Assembly (NCBI GenBank): GCA_903903975.1
Contig: CAIVAS010000132.1
Location: forward strand, 345 to 64,344
Reading direction: 5' to 3'
Source: an uncultured Burkholderiales bacterium
Lineage (GTDB): Bacteria > Pseudomonadota > Gammaproteobacteria > Burkholderiales > Burkholderiaceae_E
Length of the DNA stretch: 64,000 nucleotides
Shown here: positions 29,082 to 37,134 of the stretch, piece by piece
How the letters are laid out: the number at the start of each line of letters is the position of its first letter
Position numbering within the stretch: the stretch's first letter is position 1
The notes under the pieces: model-generated
Databases searched by the model: none
Seen by the model: only the letters and a program-made list of their open reading frames with translations
Told to the model about the DNA's origin: nothing
Position numbers and translations under genes: made by a program

Positions 29082-31413
29082 CGACCGGCTTGCTGAACTT
29101 GACGTCGGGCTTGGCCCGATGTTCGCGTTCGAGCTGATCGAGAAACTCCTGCGGCGTGGGCAGTTCGCCGAGCAGCAGCGACTGGCGCTTGACCACTGCA
29201 AAGTCGCCGGGGGCGAGCAGTTCAAGACGATCGAGGCGCTGCGCAAGCGAGGCCTCCACCTGCTGTGCCGCCTCGCTGTCGAGGTCGGCCACATCGGTGA
29301 CCGACGCATCCGGTACCCAGCTGAGTGCCTCGGTGGCGAACATGCGCAGACGCTGCGCCGCGGTCAGGGGCAGGAATCGCAGCTTGAAGGAAAAACGCCG
29401 CAGCGCCGCCTCATCGATGCGATCGAAAAGATTGGTGGTGCAGATGAAGATGCCATCGAAACGCTCCATGCCCTGCAGCATTTCGTTGACTTCGCTCACT
29501 TCGTAGTTGCGCACCGCGGTCTGCCGGTTCTGCAGGAAGGAGTCGGCCTCATCAAGCAGCAGCACCGCCTGCTCGCGCTGTGCCTCCTTGAACATGCGCG
29601 CCATCTGCTGCTCGGTCTCGCCGACATATTTGCTCATCAGGTCGGAGGCGCGCTTGATCATCAGCGGCCGGCCGATGCTGCGGGCGATCTCCTCGCCCAG
29701 CGCGGTCTTGCCGGTACCGGGCAAGCCATAGAAACACAGCGTTGCGCGCGGGCGCTCACGCAGCGCGGCGATGACCTTTTCAATCGGATGCCGGGTCTCG
29801 ACATTGAGCAGGCTCAGGTCGTAGCGGGTCGGCGAGATGCGGATGTCGGACTCGCCGTCCTGCTGGCCGAGCGCCTTGTCGGCGCGCTCGAGCTGCCGCT
29901 CGATCAGGGCCTCGACCGAGTCCTCGACCGAATCGCGAGTCAGACGGGCAAACCGTGCCGCCGACTGAATCTGTGCCGGCGTGACCTGCTTGCGCGCTGC
30001 CACCTTTGCAACGAACTCGTCGGACACGCCAAGCTCGGACAGATGCTTGCGAGCAATGTTCTCGCGTACCCGCTGCGGCGGATTGGCCAGCTCGAGGTGA
30101 AACTGAAACCGCCTGCGATAGGCCGGATCGATCTGGTTGATCGAATTGGAGACCCAGATCGCCGGCACTGGATTCTGCTCGAGCGTCTGGTTGACCCAGG
30201 CCTTGCCGTTGACCGCCGAACCACGCGCCTCTTCGGAGCCGAAAAGATTGAGCACCGGCTCGCTGATCGGGGGAAAGACATCCTCGACCTCGTCAAAGAG
30301 CAGTGCCGCATTCGGGCGACCGCGCAAAAAAGCCTGCGAGACCTGCAATGAGCGGTAGCGCTCCTTGCCGGAAAGACTGTTGCCGTCGCGATCGAGGCAG
30401 TCGACCTCATACAGCTCGCAGCCGGCAAGTTGCGCAACCAGCTTGGCGAACTCGGTCTTGCCGGTGCCGGGCGGCCCATAGAGCAGCACGTTGACACCCT
30501 TCTCATGGCCGCGAACCGCGGCCTGCAGCAACGCAATCAGATAGCGGGCATCGTCGCCGACATGCGGAAAATCGTCCATCGCCAGGGCAGTGGGCCCGGC
30601 CGGGCGCGTGAACGCAGCCATCATCGCGGTTTCGCTGGGATAGTCGGCGGTCAGCACTGCCAGCAGTTTTTCGGAGACCCGCATCAGGTCACCGAGATCG
30701 GTGATCGAATGTTCAGCGATCGGGGTTTCGACCAGCCCGAGCGATTCGAGGCGCCCCCCCGCACGCAGGGCCACCGCAGTCTCGGCCGCGTTCAAGCCCA
30801 GAATCTGGGCCAGCATGCTGTAGGCCTCCTGGGCACTGGTCGCCTTGCAGTCGACCAGCACCGGACGCAGGTCGCGCTGGTATTTGCACAGCGAGGCATG
30901 CAAGAGGATGGCGCGCTCGCACTCGCCCAGCCCCAGCACCTTGCTGAGCATGTCGATGTTGGCGGTCAGGCGGATCGGCTGCTTGGCAAGCCGCCGGTCG
31001 TACTCGCTCGCACTGAGCTGAAAGACCCCGAGCAAGTCTTTGCCGTGGAGTTTGACGAACTCATCAAGGTAATAGTGGATCGAGCTGTCGTCATAGAGCC
31101 CGTTCCAGTTGCCGTGGCGCGCCATGAACTCTTCCGGCGACAGGTCGGCCGCACCGGCCCAGGCAGGTGCTTCATGGCAGCGACGCGCCACATAAGCCTG
31201 CAGCTTGACGAAGGTCGCGCGAGGCCACACCAGCCAGCGACCGGTGAGCGTCACGATGTTGTTGATGTCACGGCGCAGATTGAATCGCGGCCCGAGGCTG
31301 AGCACCGAGCGAAGCGCGAATTGCGCGCACATCAGATCAAGCGGCGTCGCATGCGCAAGCCCGGGTGAATTCAGGACAGGCTCGTCATCGAAAGGAAGCA
31401 TCACGTTGGTCAT
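29068..31413 (-). CDS. tandem AAA+ ATPase with an unassigned ~340-aa N-terminal region
   Basis: D1: LLYGPPGTGKTEFAKL, Walker B ALLFDEVEDVF, WVSNSINQIDPAYRRRF. D2: FYGLPGTGKTALGEEIA, VLLLDEADSF, FICTTNLFDRIDEAALRRFSF. Start trimmed to ATG 31413 (MTNVMLPFDDEP), with GGAG 7 nt upstream. Confidence 0.85.
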   Translation of the reverse strand: MTNVMLPFDDEPVLNSPGLAHATPLDLMCAQFALRSVLSLGPRFNLRRDINNIVTLTGRWLVWPRATFVKLQAYVARRCHEAPAWAGAADLSPEEFMARHGNWNGLYDDSSIHYYLDEFVKLHGKDLLGVFQLSASEYDRRLAKQPIRLTANIDMLSKVLGLGECERAILLHASLCKYQRDLRPVLVDCKATSAQEAYSMLAQILGLNAAETAVALRAGGRLESLGLVETPIAEHSITDLGDLMRVSEKLLAVLTADYPSETAMMAAFTRPAGPTALAMDDFPHVGDDARYLIALLQAAVRGHEKGVNVLLYGPPGTGKTEFAKLVAQLAGCELYEVDCLDRDGNSLSGKERYRSLQVSQAFLRGRPNAALLFDEVEDVFPPISEPVLNLFGSEEARGSAVNGKAWVNQTLEQNPVPAIWVSNSINQIDPAYRRRFQFHLELANPPQRVRENIARKHLSELGVSDEFVAKVAARKQVTPAQIQSAARFARLTRDSVEDSVEALIERQLERADKALGQQDGESDIRISPTRYDLSLLNVETRHPIEKVIAALRERPRATLCFYGLPGTGKTALGEEIARSIGRPLMIKRASDLMSKYVGETEQQMARMFKEAQREQAVLLLDEADSFLQNRQTAVRNYEVSEVNEMLQGMERFDGIFICTTNLFDRIDEAALRRFSFKLRFLPLTAAQRLRMFATEALSWVPDASVTDVADLDSEAAQQVEASLAQRLDRLELLAPGDFAVVKRQSLLLGELPTPQEFLDQLEREHRAKPDVKFSKPVGFLR

Positions 31414-31456
31414 GGTCGCGCTCCAGGTCAGGCCAAAACCGATCCTAACGCGGGAA

Positions 31457-31485
31457 TTGACCGCGCGGCCGACACCGATTAGTGT
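31457..31485 (+). promoter_or_regulatory. candidate sigma-70 promoter of the gntR-phyH-SAF-SMP30 operon
   Basis: TTGACC-17 nt-TAGTGT. The -10 hexamer directly abuts the palindromic operator. Confidence 0.5.
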
Positions 31486-31501
31486 GTTCTGTATACAGAA
31501 C
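31486..31501. promoter_or_regulatory. perfect 16-bp palindrome, probable GntR-family operator
   Basis: GTTCTGTATACAGAAC contains the GT-N-AC core typical of GntR/FadR operators. It lies 25 nt upstream of the gntR TTG start and 73 nt upstream of the divergent AAA+ gene. Confidence 0.6.
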
Positions 31502-31525
31502 TGACCCCGCACCAGGAGACCCGCC

Positions 31526-32263
31526 TTGCCGCTTGCCGCGCCGAATCCATCCCGGCTCACGGTGCTGCACGCCACGCCCGATCTGGTCGAGCGCACCTAC
31601 GACGCGCTGCTCGATGCGATCGTCTCGGGAGAGCTCGGACCGGGCGAGCGTCATACCCAGGAAGCGCTGGCCGAACGTCTTGGCGTCTCTCGTCAGCCGA
31701 TCCTGCAGGCCCTGCTGCTGCTCAAGCGCGAAGGGCTGATCAAGGATGAGCCGGGGCGCCGGGGCGTCGAAGTCGAAGCGCTCACCCCGGCCTTCGTATC
31801 GCACCTGTATCTGGTCAGGGGCGCGCTCGATGCACTGGCTGCGCGCTCGGCGAGCTATCGACCGCGACCCGAACTGCGCGAACCCGGCATGGCCCTGATC
31901 CGCGCTGGCAGAGCGAGTTCGCGCGCGGGCACCACGCTTGCCATGATCGATGCCGACCTCGCCTTTCATCGCTTCATTTATGAAGCCGCGCATAATCCGC
32001 TGCTGATGGATACCGCCCGTATCCACTGGCTGCATACCCGCCGCGCCATGGGCATCTACCTGCGCCAGCCGGTGTCGGTGCGCACGGTCTGGTCAGAACA
32101 TCAGGCGATCCTGAACGCCGTGGTCCGGGGCGACGCCCGCCTTGCCGAGCGCCTGGCTCGCGAACACTGCGAGGCGTCGGCTCAGATCATCCTGCGGCAC
32201 CTTTTCGACAATGAGCCGTCGGCTGCGACGGCCTCCCAACACCCCCACCGGAGACAACTGTGA
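31526..32263 (+). CDS. GntR-family transcriptional regulator (FadR/FCD-type C-terminal domain)
   Basis: TTG start with AGGAG 6 nt upstream. N-terminal wHTH LVERTYDALLDAIVSGELGPGERHTQEALAERLGVSRQPILQALLLLKREGLI, then a helical FCD-like domain. Confidence 0.85.
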   Translation: MPLAAPNPSRLTVLHATPDLVERTYDALLDAIVSGELGPGERHTQEALAERLGVSRQPILQALLLLKREGLIKDEPGRRGVEVEALTPAFVSHLYLVRGALDALAARSASYRPRPELREPGMALIRAGRASSRAGTTLAMIDADLAFHRFIYEAAHNPLLMDTARIHWLHTRRAMGIYLRQPVSVRTVWSEHQAILNAVVRGDARLAERLAREHCEASAQIILRHLFDNEPSAATASQHPHRRQL

Positions 32264-33075
32264 AACTGACCCCTGCCCAGCTCGAGACCTTTGACCGAGA
32301 CGGCTATCTGTTTTTTGAATCGCTTTTCAGCAAGCAGGAAATGGCGGTTCTGCTGGCCGAGGTGCCGGCGCTCTATGGCCAGCAGCGCCAGGAAGTGATC
32401 CGCGAAAAAGGCTCGGATGCGGTTCGCACGGTCTTTGCGGCCCATCTGATGAACCAGGCCTTCGCCAAACTCGGACGACACCCGCGCATGATCGACCCGG
32501 TAACGCAGATCTTCGGCGAGCCGGTCTACATGCACCAGTTCAAGGTCAACGGCAAACAGGCTTTTGACGGTGACGTCTGGCAGTGGCACCAGGACTACGG
32601 CACCTGGAAGGCCGATGACGACATGCCCGATGCCCGCGCCATGAACGTCGCGGTATTTCTTGATGACGTCAACGAGTTCAATGGCCCGCTGCTCTTCATC
32701 CCGGGCTCGCACAAGCAGGGCGCGATTTCGGCCAGCCATGATCTGTCGACCACCAGCTATCCGCTGTGGACCATCGACAACAAGACGATCACGCAGCTGG
32801 TCGATCGCGGCGGCATCGTCGCGCCCAAGGGGCCGGCCGGCTCGATGATGATTTTCCACTCATGCCTGGTGCATGGCTCGCCCTCGAATATGTCGCCCTG
32901 GAACCGGACCATCGTCTACCTCAGCCTGTGCGCGGTCTCGAACCACATCCGCAAGTTTTCACGCCCCGACTGGATCGCTCATCGCGACTTCACGCCAATC
33001 GAATCGCTTGCTGACGACTGCCTGACCAACCCCTCGATCCGGGTCGACTCGCTGCCGCTCGCGCAGACTGCCTGA
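32260..33075 (+). CDS. phytanoyl-CoA dioxygenase (PhyH) family Fe(II)/2-oxoglutarate dioxygenase, ectoine-hydroxylase-like
   Basis: FDRDGYLFFESLF, WQWHQDYGTWKADDDMP (His-x-Asp facial-triad region), MMIFHSCLVHGSPSN. GTGA overlap with the gntR stop. Confidence 0.8.
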   Translation: MKLTPAQLETFDRDGYLFFESLFSKQEMAVLLAEVPALYGQQRQEVIREKGSDAVRTVFAAHLMNQAFAKLGRHPRMIDPVTQIFGEPVYMHQFKVNGKQAFDGDVWQWHQDYGTWKADDDMPDARAMNVAVFLDDVNEFNGPLLFIPGSHKQGAISASHDLSTTSYPLWTIDNKTITQLVDRGGIVAPKGPAGSMMIFHSCLVHGSPSNMSPWNRTIVYLSLCAVSNHIRKFSRPDWIAHRDFTPIESLADDCLTNPSIRVDSLPLAQTA

Positions 33076-33088
33076 GAGGCCAAGCACC

Positions 33089-34438
33089 ATGAACCTGCAC
33101 CGACTGCTTTTGCAGCGCGCCGCTGATTCGCGCCCCCTTCGGGTGGGGCTGATCGGCGCCGGAAAATTCGGATCGATGTATCTCTCGCAGGCACGGCGCA
33201 CGCCGGGCATCCACCTGGTGGCGGTGGCCGATCTGTCGCCCAAGCGCGCGCGCAAAGCCCTGCTGCACACCGGCTGGTCTGCCGACGCGCTGTCGGCGCG
33301 CAGCTTCGCGCAGGCCGCACGCCAGGGCAGCACCCATCTTTGCGACGACGCCATGGCGCTGATCGCATCGCCCGAAGTCGAGATCGTGATCGACGCCACC
33401 GGCAGCCCCTCGGCCGGTATCGCCCACGTGCTGGCCTGCTGCGCCAACGGCAAGCACATCGTCATGGTCAATGTCGAAGCCGACGCTCTGGCCGGCCCGC
33501 TGCTCGCCCGCAAGGCCCGCGAAGCCGGCATCGTCTATTCGCTCGCCTATGGTGACCAGCCCGCGCTGATCTGCGAGATGGTCGACTGGGCGCGCACTGC
33601 GGGCTTTGACGTGATCGCCGCCGGCAAGGGCACAAAGTATTTGCCGGCCTATCACGCGTCCACACCCGACACCGTGTGGCAGCACTACGGCATCAGTGCC
33701 GAGGACGCGCGCACCGGCGGCATGAATCCGCAGATGTTCAATTCCTTTCTCGACGGCACGAAATCGGCCATCGAAATGGCGGCGGTCGCCAATGCCACCG
33801 GGCTCACGCCCGCGCCGGACGGCCTGGCGTTTCCGGCCTGCGGCGTCGACGATCTCGCGCATCTGCTGCGCCCGACCACCGACGGCGGGCTGCTGCATCA
33901 CCGCGGCCAGGTCGAAGTGATCTCGAGTCTGGAGCGCGACAGCCGGTCGGTGTTCAGGGACCTGCGCTGGGGCGTCTATGTCACCTTCAGCGCCGACAGC
34001 GATTATGTGCGGCGGTGTTTTCGCGAATACGGCCTGCTGACCGACTCGAGCGGCAATTTCTCGGCGATGTACAAGCCTTATCACCTGATCGGCCTAGAGC
34101 TTGGCATCTCGGTGGCCTCGGTCGGGTTGCGCGGCGAGCCGACCGGTGCAGCCGATGGCTGGCGAGGCGACGTGGTGGCCACCGCCAAACGGCATCTGAA
34201 AGCCGGCGAAGTGCTCGATGGCGAAGGCGGTTTTACCGTCTACGGCAAGCTCATGCCTGCCACCGATTCGCTGGCCGCCGGCGGGCTGCCGCTGGGGTTG
34301 GCGCACGGCGTCAAGCTCAAGCGCGCGGTGCCTGCCGGCACAGCCGTGCGCTGGCAGGATGTCGCCTTCGATGCAAAAGACCCGGCGGTGATCTTTCGCC
34401 GCGAGATGGAAAAAGCTTTCAAGGAACCGAAACCATGA
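33089..34438 (+). CDS. NAD(P)-binding oxidoreductase with C-terminal SAF domain (COG4091-like, predicted homoserine-dehydrogenase-like)
   Basis: LRVGLIGAGKFGSMY Rossmann motif, VNVEADALAG, C-terminal ATAKRHLKAGEVLDGEGGFTVYGKL (SAF-like). Confidence 0.75.
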   Translation: MNLHRLLLQRAADSRPLRVGLIGAGKFGSMYLSQARRTPGIHLVAVADLSPKRARKALLHTGWSADALSARSFAQAARQGSTHLCDDAMALIASPEVEIVIDATGSPSAGIAHVLACCANGKHIVMVNVEADALAGPLLARKAREAGIVYSLAYGDQPALICEMVDWARTAGFDVIAAGKGTKYLPAYHASTPDTVWQHYGISAEDARTGGMNPQMFNSFLDGTKSAIEMAAVANATGLTPAPDGLAFPACGVDDLAHLLRPTTDGGLLHHRGQVEVISSLERDSRSVFRDLRWGVYVTFSADSDYVRRCFREYGLLTDSSGNFSAMYKPYHLIGLELGISVASVGLRGEPTGAADGWRGDVVATAKRHLKAGEVLDGEGGFTVYGKLMPATDSLAAGGLPLGLAHGVKLKRAVPAGTAVRWQDVAFDAKDPAVIFRREMEKAFKEPKP

Positions 34439-35376
34439 TCAAACAGAGCACCCCTGCATTCACCGAAATCGCCAGCGGACTTCGCTTTCCGGAAGGCCCG
34501 ATCGCCCTGCCCAACGGAGATATTCTGCTGGTCGAGATCGAGCGCGGCACCCTCACTCGGGTCACGCCCAAGGGCGAGATCGAGGTGGTCGCCCAGACCG
34601 GCGGCGGCCCCAACGGCGCCGCCATGGGCCCCGACGGCAAGGTCTATCTTTGCAACAATGGCGGCTTCGCCTGGTCGACCATGCGTTCGGGCGGCCTGCG
34701 CCCCGGTCATCAGGCCGCTGACTACGCCGGTGGGCGTATCGAGCGTGTCGACCTTGCCACCGGACGCGTCGAGGTGCTCTATACCCATGGCCCGAACGGC
34801 CCCCTGAAAGGACCGAACGATCTGGTCTTCGATGGGCATGGCGGCTTCTGGTTCACCGATCTGGGCAAATCGCGTGACCGCGATCTCGATCGGGGTGGTG
34901 TTTATTACGCGAAGGCCGACGGATCAGGCATCAGCGAAGTGGTCTATCCGATGCTCACGCCCAACGGCATCGGCCTGTCGCCCGATGGCAAGCTGCTCTA
35001 CGTGGCCGAAACCCATACCGGGCGGGTCTGGCGCTTCGAGGTCAGCGGCCCGGGAGAGCTGGCCAAAGCGCCATTCCCGTCGCCCAACGGCGGCAGCCTG
35101 CTGGCATCGATGTCGACCTACCGGCTGTTCGATTCGCTCGCGATCGAGGCCAATGGCAATGTCTGCGTCGCCTCGCTCTTTGAGGGCGGCATCACCGTGA
35201 TCTCGCCCGACGGCAAGGACATCGAACTGGTCTCGCTGCCCGACATCTACACCACCAATATCTGCTTCGGTGGCCCTGATCTGAAAACCGCGTACATCAC
35301 GCTGTCGACCACCGGCAAGCTGGTCTCGGTGCAATGGCCGCGAAGCGGCACGCCGCTTCATCACCTGAACAGGTGA
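34435..35376 (+). CDS. SMP-30/gluconolactonase/LRE family protein
   Basis: Last 313 aa of track ORF 33676-35376. ATG 34435 overlaps the upstream stop (ATGA). GLRFPEGPIALPNGDILLVE, GPNDLVFDGHGGFWFTD, PNGIGLSPDGKLLYVAE, TTNICFGGPDLKTAYIT. Confidence 0.8.
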   Translation: MIKQSTPAFTEIASGLRFPEGPIALPNGDILLVEIERGTLTRVTPKGEIEVVAQTGGGPNGAAMGPDGKVYLCNNGGFAWSTMRSGGLRPGHQAADYAGGRIERVDLATGRVEVLYTHGPNGPLKGPNDLVFDGHGGFWFTDLGKSRDRDLDRGGVYYAKADGSGISEVVYPMLTPNGIGLSPDGKLLYVAETHTGRVWRFEVSGPGELAKAPFPSPNGGSLLASMSTYRLFDSLAIEANGNVCVASLFEGGITVISPDGKDIELVSLPDIYTTNICFGGPDLKTAYITLSTTGKLVSVQWPRSGTPLHHLNR

Positions 35377-35438
35377 GGCAGCGGGCGATCCAGCCCTGTT
35401 GACGAGACCTCGATCACCCGGTCACGGTGAACGGAACG

Positions 35439-35466
35439 TCAGCGGAACTTCAGCGGAACTTCAGCG
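35439..35466. repeat. 11-bp tandem repeat, about 2.5 copies
   Basis: TCAGCGGAACT x2, then TCAGCG. The last partial copy carries the stop codon of the 2-hydroxyacid dehydrogenase gene (minus strand). Confidence 0.8.
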
Positions 35467-36438
35467 CGGCGCTTTCAACACCGCCGCGTTGAGCGGCGTC
35501 ACAGGCGGCTCGCCGGCTTCGACCGCCAGCAGATTGCGGGCTGCCAGCATCGCCATCCCGAGTCTTGAAGAACGGGTGGCGCTGCCGATGTGCGGCGTGA
35601 GCACGATATTCGGCGCCTCGAGCAATGAGGGATTGAGCGCCGGTTCGTTCTCGTAGACGTCGAGCCCGGCGGCGGCGATGCGATGCCCGCGCAGCGCTGC
35701 GGCGAGCGCAGCGTCGTCGACGATGCCGCCGCGGGCAATATTGATCAGGCTTGCGGTGGGCTTCATCAGGCCGAGTTCGCGCTCACCGATGATGTGGTGA
35801 GTGGCCGTCGAATAGGGCAGCACCAGCACCAGATGATCGGCCTGCGCCAGCAAGTCGTCGAAGCCCACGCGTGCAGCACCGAGTGCTGCCGCCCCGGGCG
35901 CCTCACTGCGATTGCAGTAGATCACCCGCATCGAAAAGCCCATGCCGCGGCGCGCGATGGCCGATCCGATGCGACCCATGCCGAGGATGCCGAGTGTGCT
36001 GCCATGGACATCGGCCCCCAGAAACTGGTCCCAGGCCCAACGCCCCCACTGGCCGGCCCGCAGCCAGCGCTCGGATTCGGACACGCGCCGCGCGGCCGCC
36101 ATCAGCAGCGTCCAGGCCATATCGGCAGTCGCTTCGGTCAGCACGTCGGGCGTATTGGTGACCAGCACGCCACGGGCGTTGCAGGCATCAAGGTCGATAT
36201 GGTTGTAGCCCACCGACCCGGTCGCGATCATCACAAGCTCGGGGCAGGCCTCGAGCAGGGCGGCGTCGACTCGGTCGCTGGCCACGACATAGAGCGCGCG
36301 GCAGACGCTGGCGCGTCGGCGAAGTTCCTCGGGCGTCCAGGCATCGTCATTGATGTTGTGGTCGATCTCGAAGCAACCGGACAGGGCCTCGATGACTTCG
36401 GGAAAGACTTTGCGGGTGATCAGCAGCTTCGGCTTCAT
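35461..36438 (-). CDS. D-isomer-specific 2-hydroxyacid dehydrogenase (glyoxylate/hydroxypyruvate reductase-like)
   Basis: LGILGMGRIGSAIARR NAD motif, INIARGGIVDDAAL, LTPHIGSAT. Confidence 0.85.
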   Translation of the reverse strand: MKPKLLITRKVFPEVIEALSGCFEIDHNINDDAWTPEELRRRASVCRALYVVASDRVDAALLEACPELVMIATGSVGYNHIDLDACNARGVLVTNTPDVLTEATADMAWTLLMAAARRVSESERWLRAGQWGRWAWDQFLGADVHGSTLGILGMGRIGSAIARRGMGFSMRVIYCNRSEAPGAAALGAARVGFDDLLAQADHLVLVLPYSTATHHIIGERELGLMKPTASLINIARGGIVDDAALAAALRGHRIAAAGLDVYENEPALNPSLLEAPNIVLTPHIGSATRSSRLGMAMLAARNLLAVEAGEPPVTPLNAAVLKAPR

Positions 36439-37127
36439 GACGCAGCCTCGTTGCCGACGGACCCGGCACCGACGATGACGATATGCACGCGATAAGGGCC
36501 GTGCGCGCCGAGCACGATGGTCTGCTCGATATCACCGGTTCGGGACGGACCGGAAACCAGATTGGTGGCGCGCGGCAACTGACCGCGTTCGGCGCGGATC
36601 AGGGCGAAGCCTTCTTCGTAATGCGCCACGACCCGGTCGGCGCTGACGATGGCGACATGGGTCTCCGGCAGCAGGTGCATCGATGCCGGGGTATCAGGGC
36701 CGGACAGCATCATGAGGGTGCCGGTCTCGGCCACCGCGACGAAGGCGCCGCTGATGCCGACCATGTCATCGCCCTGCGGGCGACGGGGCTCGACCTCGAT
36801 GCCTGCGCCGGCCCAATCGAGGCCGCCGAAGGTATTCCAGCAGACTGCCTTGCGAACCAGACCCTGTGCATCGAGATAGGCGGCAATCGCTGAGGGCACC
36901 TCGGCCAGCGTCGCCACGCGATCGGTCGTGCTCGACATGCGGTGCGCCTGCGTCTCGAAGTGGGCGACCCGATCGCTACCCACGGTCGGCTGCGGGCCGG
37001 GCGCATGACGGGCAAGCGCATCGTCCACCGCCTCGCGCTCGCTGGGCAGCGGCTCGCCTGTCCTGCCCTGGGCGCGACGGATACGGTCAAGAATGCGACG
37101 GCGCGCGGTCGAAGTATCAAGGTTCAT
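36435..37127 (-). CDS. LUD-domain protein (LutC/YkgG-like)
   Basis: Start trimmed to ATG 37127 (MNLDTSTARRRILDRIR). ISGAFVAVAETGTLMM...HVAIVSADRVV...GPSRTGDIEQTIVLGAHGP is typical of LutC-type proteins. ATGA overlap with the downstream dehydrogenase. Confidence 0.7.
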   Translation of the reverse strand: MNLDTSTARRRILDRIRRAQGRTGEPLPSEREAVDDALARHAPGPQPTVGSDRVAHFETQAHRMSSTTDRVATLAEVPSAIAAYLDAQGLVRKAVCWNTFGGLDWAGAGIEVEPRRPQGDDMVGISGAFVAVAETGTLMMLSGPDTPASMHLLPETHVAIVSADRVVAHYEEGFALIRAERGQLPRATNLVSGPSRTGDIEQTIVLGAHGPYRVHIVIVGAGSVGNEAAS

Positions 37128-37134
37128 GGCAGGC

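Noticed and set aside
29119-30351. 410-aa plus-strand ORF opposite the AAA+ gene, and the 364-aa ORF (32990-34084) opposite the SAF-domain gene
   Set aside because: They are shadow ORFs with low-complexity Arg/Gly/Asp-rich translations.
33676-34434. First 253 residues of the 566-aa track ORF 33676-35376
   Set aside because: This stretch is an out-of-frame overlap with the SAF-domain gene. Only the last 313 aa, from ATG 34435, form the SMP-30-like protein.
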